From positions 1 through 11,963 of the forward strand of contig JBHLNT010000125.1 of the NCBI GenBank assembly GCA_048941265.1: a stretch of 11,963 nucleotides of DNA, written 5' to 3'. The stretch is from Promethearchaeota archaeon (lineage in GTDB: Archaea > Asgardarchaeota > Lokiarchaeia > Sigyniarchaeales > SOKP01). Of the stretch, positions 8,566 to 11,963 are shown piece after piece. The notes under the pieces are model-generated. The model did no database searches, was not told the DNA's origin, and saw only the letters and a list, made by a program, of their open reading frames with translations. A program made the position numbers and the translations under genes. Within the stretch, counting starts at the first letter, position 1. The number at the start of each line of letters is the position of its first letter.

Positions 8566-9543
8566 TTATTTTACTTTAAATATCCATTCTGATAAAATCA
8601 TATTCTCTACTGTATTTTTTATCATATCCTTTTTGTCTTGTTCAAGTATTCTTCTTAATTCTTTTGACATAAATGTGACTTCTTTTTCTGTTAGAGATAT
8701 TTTATTCTTATAGAGAGTATAAAACGCTTGCTTTAAACCTCTTGGTTCTCGGCCCATAGCTCCTTTAGTATCATAAATACCTTTCTGTTGCTTATGTAAT
8801 TCTCTCTGTAATTTATCTAATTGCGAATCTTCCCCGTCTAAGGCCCTTTGAAACATTTTTTTGCATATATAAGATATATTACTAATACTAGGGACTAAAC
8901 CTGAATATTTTCTAAGTTTTATTGGAACAAACTTAAGAAAAGCAGAATAATTAATTTCTTCGCCACAATAGACTGCAAAATTTTCGCTTATAAATTCGAT
9001 AAATCCCTTTGTGTTTTCAAGTTTAGTAGTTGTATCTTTAATACCCTTTAAATTATCAAATTTAAATAGAGGTTTTACGGTATCTCCGCTAATATTATTT
9101 TTGGCAAATCGATGGGGATTATTATACAGAAAAATCTGATTGTTTAAAGTAAGCGAGCCTAAGATGTTTTCGAAATAACCTATTAATTTGTTCCTTTCCA
9201 ACCTTTTTGAAATAGGTGGAGTAATAACGAAATTTAAAAATTTATACTCTTTACCTAATAACTCAATTTGATTAATTGCCTGTTCAGTATTATTTCCAAA
9301 GGCTCCAAGAAGAATAGGAGTTTTATTCTTTGTATATTGTAAAGCTAAATCTAGGAATTTGGATTTTTCATTAACTTTTTCAATAAATTCAATCCCTTCT
9401 CCTGTATTTCCAAATAAAAAGACACCATCCGCGCCATTTAGTAGTATGTGTCGAATTAATAATGAATTTAATTCATTATTGATCTCTAACCTGTCATTAA
9501 AAAAAGTAATGCTCGGGACAATAACACCATTAATATTTTGCAA
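8566..9543 (-). CDS. Dihydrodipicolinate synthase / N-acetylneuraminate lyase family class I aldolase (specificity unknown)
   Basis: GVIVPSITFF, GADGVFLFGNTGEG, LYNNP and the Schiff-base lysine motif KGIKD. The TTG start is preceded by GGAGG. Confidence 0.88.
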   Translation of the reverse strand: MQNINGVIVPSITFFNDRLEINNELNSLLIRHILLNGADGVFLFGNTGEGIEFIEKVNEKSKFLDLALQYTKNKTPILLGAFGNNTEQAINQIELLGKEYKFLNFVITPPISKRLERNKLIGYFENILGSLTLNNQIFLYNNPHRFAKNNISGDTVKPLFKFDNLKGIKDTTTKLENTKGFIEFISENFAVYCGEEINYSAFLKFVPIKLRKYSGLVPSISNISYICKKMFQRALDGEDSQLDKLQRELHKQQKGIYDTKGAMGREPRGLKQAFYTLYKNKISLTEKEVTFMSKELRRILEQDKKDMIKNTVENMILSEWIFKVK

Positions 9544-9553
9544 AATGATTTTT

Positions 9554-9558
9554 CCTCC
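9554..9558 (-). promoter_or_regulatory. Shine-Dalgarno site for the aldolase gene
   Basis: CCTCC on + (GGAGG on -), 10 nt upstream of the TTG at 9543, in otherwise AT-rich DNA. Confidence 0.6.
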
Positions 9559-9817
9559 AATATATTTTTTAATTTTAATTACTTTCTCTGTGGTTCGACA
9601 ATAACTTTAATCCATTTTTCCCTATCATAATAAATTTGTAAAAGAATTTAAAAAAATAAAATAGAAATCGTCATTTCATAGTTGATTTATAGTAAATTAG
9701 AAATATTTATGAGGTATTAGGTGTTGACTCTTTTTAATATGATTTAAATATTATTATAAAATATTACAGTATATCATAGCTAATAAGAAATGTTTATTTT
9801 CTATTATTTTCTATTAA

Positions 9818-9825
9818 AAGAAGGT
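9818..9825 (+). promoter_or_regulatory. Shine-Dalgarno-like site for the divergent MIPS gene
   Basis: AAGAAGGT ending 7 nt before the TTG at 9833. Confidence 0.45.
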
Positions 9826-9832
9826 AAAAATT

Positions 9833-10885
9833 TTGCCAAATAAAATAAAATTAGCAATAATAGGAATAGGAAATGCTGCTTCGGCCCTGATCCAAGGAAT
9901 TGAATATTATAGAGATTCTTCCTTTAATAAAGGTTTACTATTTCCAACATTTGCAGGGTATCGTATAAGTGATATTGAAATCTCTGCAGCATTCGATATC
10001 TCAGCTAATAAGGTAGGTATGGCTCTTAACGAGGCATTAAAAGCTAATGAATTAAAAATCATTGTAAATTTGAGTAACCAAAACAAGATAGTTTCGATGG
10101 GAGTTGTTAAAGATGGAGTAATTGAAGAAACAATGGAATTGATTAATCCATCAAATGCTCCCTCTGTAAATATATCACATAAACTAAGAGATACGGATAC
10201 TGAAATCGTCCTATGCTTACTACCCTCTGGCGCTGATGAAGCAGTGGAGTTTTATGCTGAACAAGCATTAGATGCGGATTGTGCTTTTATAAATGCAACT
10301 CCAACTTCAATTGCAACAAATAAAATATTTGCTAAAAAATTTCATGATGCAGGGCTCCCACTAATTGGTGATGACCTTCAAGATCAATTTGGAGCTACTA
10401 TTGTTCATAAACTCCTTTTACAGCAAATGATAGATCAAGGAGTTGAAATAAAGGAGAGTTATGCTCTAGATGTTGGAGGAGGAGCAGAATCCTTAAATAC
10501 AATCTATCGAACGCGTCATGTAAAAAGGGAAATTAAAAGTAAATCTGTTGCCGCAGCTCTCAGAGTTGATGCTCCTATTGTAGCAGGGACTTCAGATTAT
10601 GTCCCACATTTAGGAAATAGTCGGAATTCCATGTTATGGTTAGTGGGGCGTGGATTTTTAGGAGCAGATGTAATAATGGATATTAAAATCCAGACCCAAG
10701 ACGGTCCTAACGGCGGAGCAATTCTTGTTGATGTAATAAGGGCGACTAAAATAGCTTTACAAAAAAGTGCATCAGGTCCGATAAACGAAATATCAAGTTA
10801 TGGTTTTAAAAATCCACCTGAACATATAAGTTCACCAAAAGAAGCAGGAGAGAAATTAGCAAAATACATTATGGGGATGACCTAA
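9833..10885 (+). CDS. myo-inositol-1-phosphate synthase homologue, active-site-divergent
   Basis: Rossmann LAIIGIGNAAS, AAFDI, LLPSG, AFINATP, GDDLQDQFGAT, SDYVPHLG and FKNPP. TTG start with upstream GAAGGT. Confidence 0.88.
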   Translation: MPNKIKLAIIGIGNAASALIQGIEYYRDSSFNKGLLFPTFAGYRISDIEISAAFDISANKVGMALNEALKANELKIIVNLSNQNKIVSMGVVKDGVIEETMELINPSNAPSVNISHKLRDTDTEIVLCLLPSGADEAVEFYAEQALDADCAFINATPTSIATNKIFAKKFHDAGLPLIGDDLQDQFGATIVHKLLLQQMIDQGVEIKESYALDVGGGAESLNTIYRTRHVKREIKSKSVAAALRVDAPIVAGTSDYVPHLGNSRNSMLWLVGRGFLGADVIMDIKIQTQDGPNGGAILVDVIRATKIALQKSASGPINEISSYGFKNPPEHISSPKEAGEKLAKYIMGMT

Positions 10886-10890
10886 AAAAG

Positions 10891-11963
10891 ATGAATAATT
10901 CTGATAAGAAAGAAATACGAGTAGCTATTGCAGGATTAGGTAATGTGGCGGCAGCTATAGTAATGGGTATTGAATACTATAAGAATATAAGACAAGATGT
11001 AAAATATCAAGCGGGATTGATTAATGCTTCAGTAGGGGGATACTACCCTTCCGATATTAAGATAGTGGCAGCATTCGATATAGCAACTACAAAGATTGGC
11101 AAAGATATTTCAGAAGCTATTTACGCTGAACCTAACATGTGCCATCCTTTTATTCTTCCAGAAAATTTGCCGAAATCAAATGCAATATGTTATCCAGGTC
11201 CTATTTCAGATGGATGTTATCAAACTAAAGATTCAAGGGGAAATGTAATTTCTGATACGTATAACTATTTTAAAGCTTATAATGAAAAGGAAGTGAATCC
11301 AGTTAATATTACTCAAATATTAAAAGATACCAAAGCTGAAATTTTAGTGAATCTACTTCCAGTTGGAAGTTACATTGCTTCACGCATTTATACACAAGCT
11401 GCTTTGGATGCAAATTGTGCATTTATAAATGGAATTCCCGAATTTATTGTTTCTGAACATATGGAAGGGGATAAAGACTGGGTGGCTGAATTTGAGAAAA
11501 AAGGGCTCCCCTGTGCTGGTGATGATATAAAATCTCAAGTCGGAGCAACAATTATGCATAGAACACTCGCAAAAGTATTCTTAGATCGAGGAGTAATAAT
11601 AAATGATACTTATCAATTAAATATAGGGGGAAATGGGGATTTCTATAATATGAAATCAGAAGAACGCTTAACGACTAAACGGAAATCAAAATCTTTAGCA
11701 GTTACAAGTGTTCTTCCATATGGAGAGAAGGTTAGTTGTAGGATAGGTCCTAGTGATTATGTCCCATTTTTAGGAGATAAAAAAATTTGTTATATCCGAG
11801 TTAATGGAACCACTTTTGGAGGTTTACCACTGGTTTGTGATATGAAATTACGAGTTGAAGATTCTCCAAATTCAGCAGGCCTAATCATAGATCTTATTCG
11901 CCAAACTAAATTAGCCTTAGATAGGGGAATTGCTGGACGACTGGAAAGTATTAGCTCATTTAG
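10891..11963 (+). CDS. ino1: myo-inositol-1-phosphate synthase, canonical (3'-truncated by the window edge)
   Basis: Not in the ORF track because it has no stop in the window. My translation from ATG 10891 is open to the end: MNNSDKKEIRVAIAGLGNVAAA...NLLPVGS...GDDIKSQVGATIMHR...TYQLNIGGNGDFYNM...KRKSKS...IGPSDYVPFLGDKK...VEDSPNSAG. These are all canonical archaeal/actinobacterial-type MIPS motifs. Confidence 0.93.
   Translation, partial: MNNSDKKEIRVAIAGLGNVAAAIVMGIEYYKNIRQDVKYQAGLINASVGGYYPSDIKIVAAFDIATTKIGKDISEAIYAEPNMCHPFILPENLPKSNAICYPGPISDGCYQTKDSRGNVISDTYNYFKAYNEKEVNPVNITQILKDTKAEILVNLLPVGSYIASRIYTQAALDANCAFINGIPEFIVSEHMEGDKDWVAEFEKKGLPCAGDDIKSQVGATIMHRTLAKVFLDRGVIINDTYQLNIGGNGDFYNMKSEERLTTKRKSKSLAVTSVLPYGEKVSCRIGPSDYVPFLGDKKICYIRVNGTTFGGLPLVCDMKLRVEDSPNSAGLIIDLIRQTKLALDRGIAGRLESISSF

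Noticed and set aside
9359-9604. 81-aa plus-strand ORF
   Set aside because: It overlaps the conserved N-terminus of the aldolase on the opposite strand.
9833-10885. First MIPS copy as a pseudogene
   Set aside because: The ORF is full length and intact, with a ribosome-binding site and retained fold motifs, and has no stops or frameshifts.
1-11963. CRISPR arrays, tRNA/rRNA, IS elements, programmed frameshifts
   Set aside because: I saw no spaced repeats, GC-rich structured intergenic segments or transposase motifs. The A/T homopolymer runs all sit in intact frames or spacers.

Overview
AT-rich, gene-dense prokaryotic window, most likely from an Asgard archaeon (Lokiarchaeia-like). That assignment is inferred from the HEAT-LRR-Zn-finger protein, the ITPK1-like kinase and the oligo-T gene ends. 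It holds ten CDSs: nicotinamidase (PncA), a HEAT+LRR+Cys-rich protein, a YwlE-like low-molecular-weight phosphatase, a DUF1624/HGSNAT-like membrane acyltransferase, an ATP-grasp protein with ITPK1 (inositol phosphate kinase) rather than RimK signatures, two tandem paralogous MFS sugar transporters, a non-canonical DHDPS/NAL-family aldolase, and two tandem myo-inositol-1-phosphate synthase (MIPS) homologues. The second MIPS is missing from the ORF track and runs off the window end. The main finding is a candidate soluble inositol-phosphate locus (4817-11963) combining the ITPK1-like kinase, the transporters, and a canonical MIPS paired with an active-site-divergent one. I saw no RNA genes, CRISPR arrays or mobile elements.
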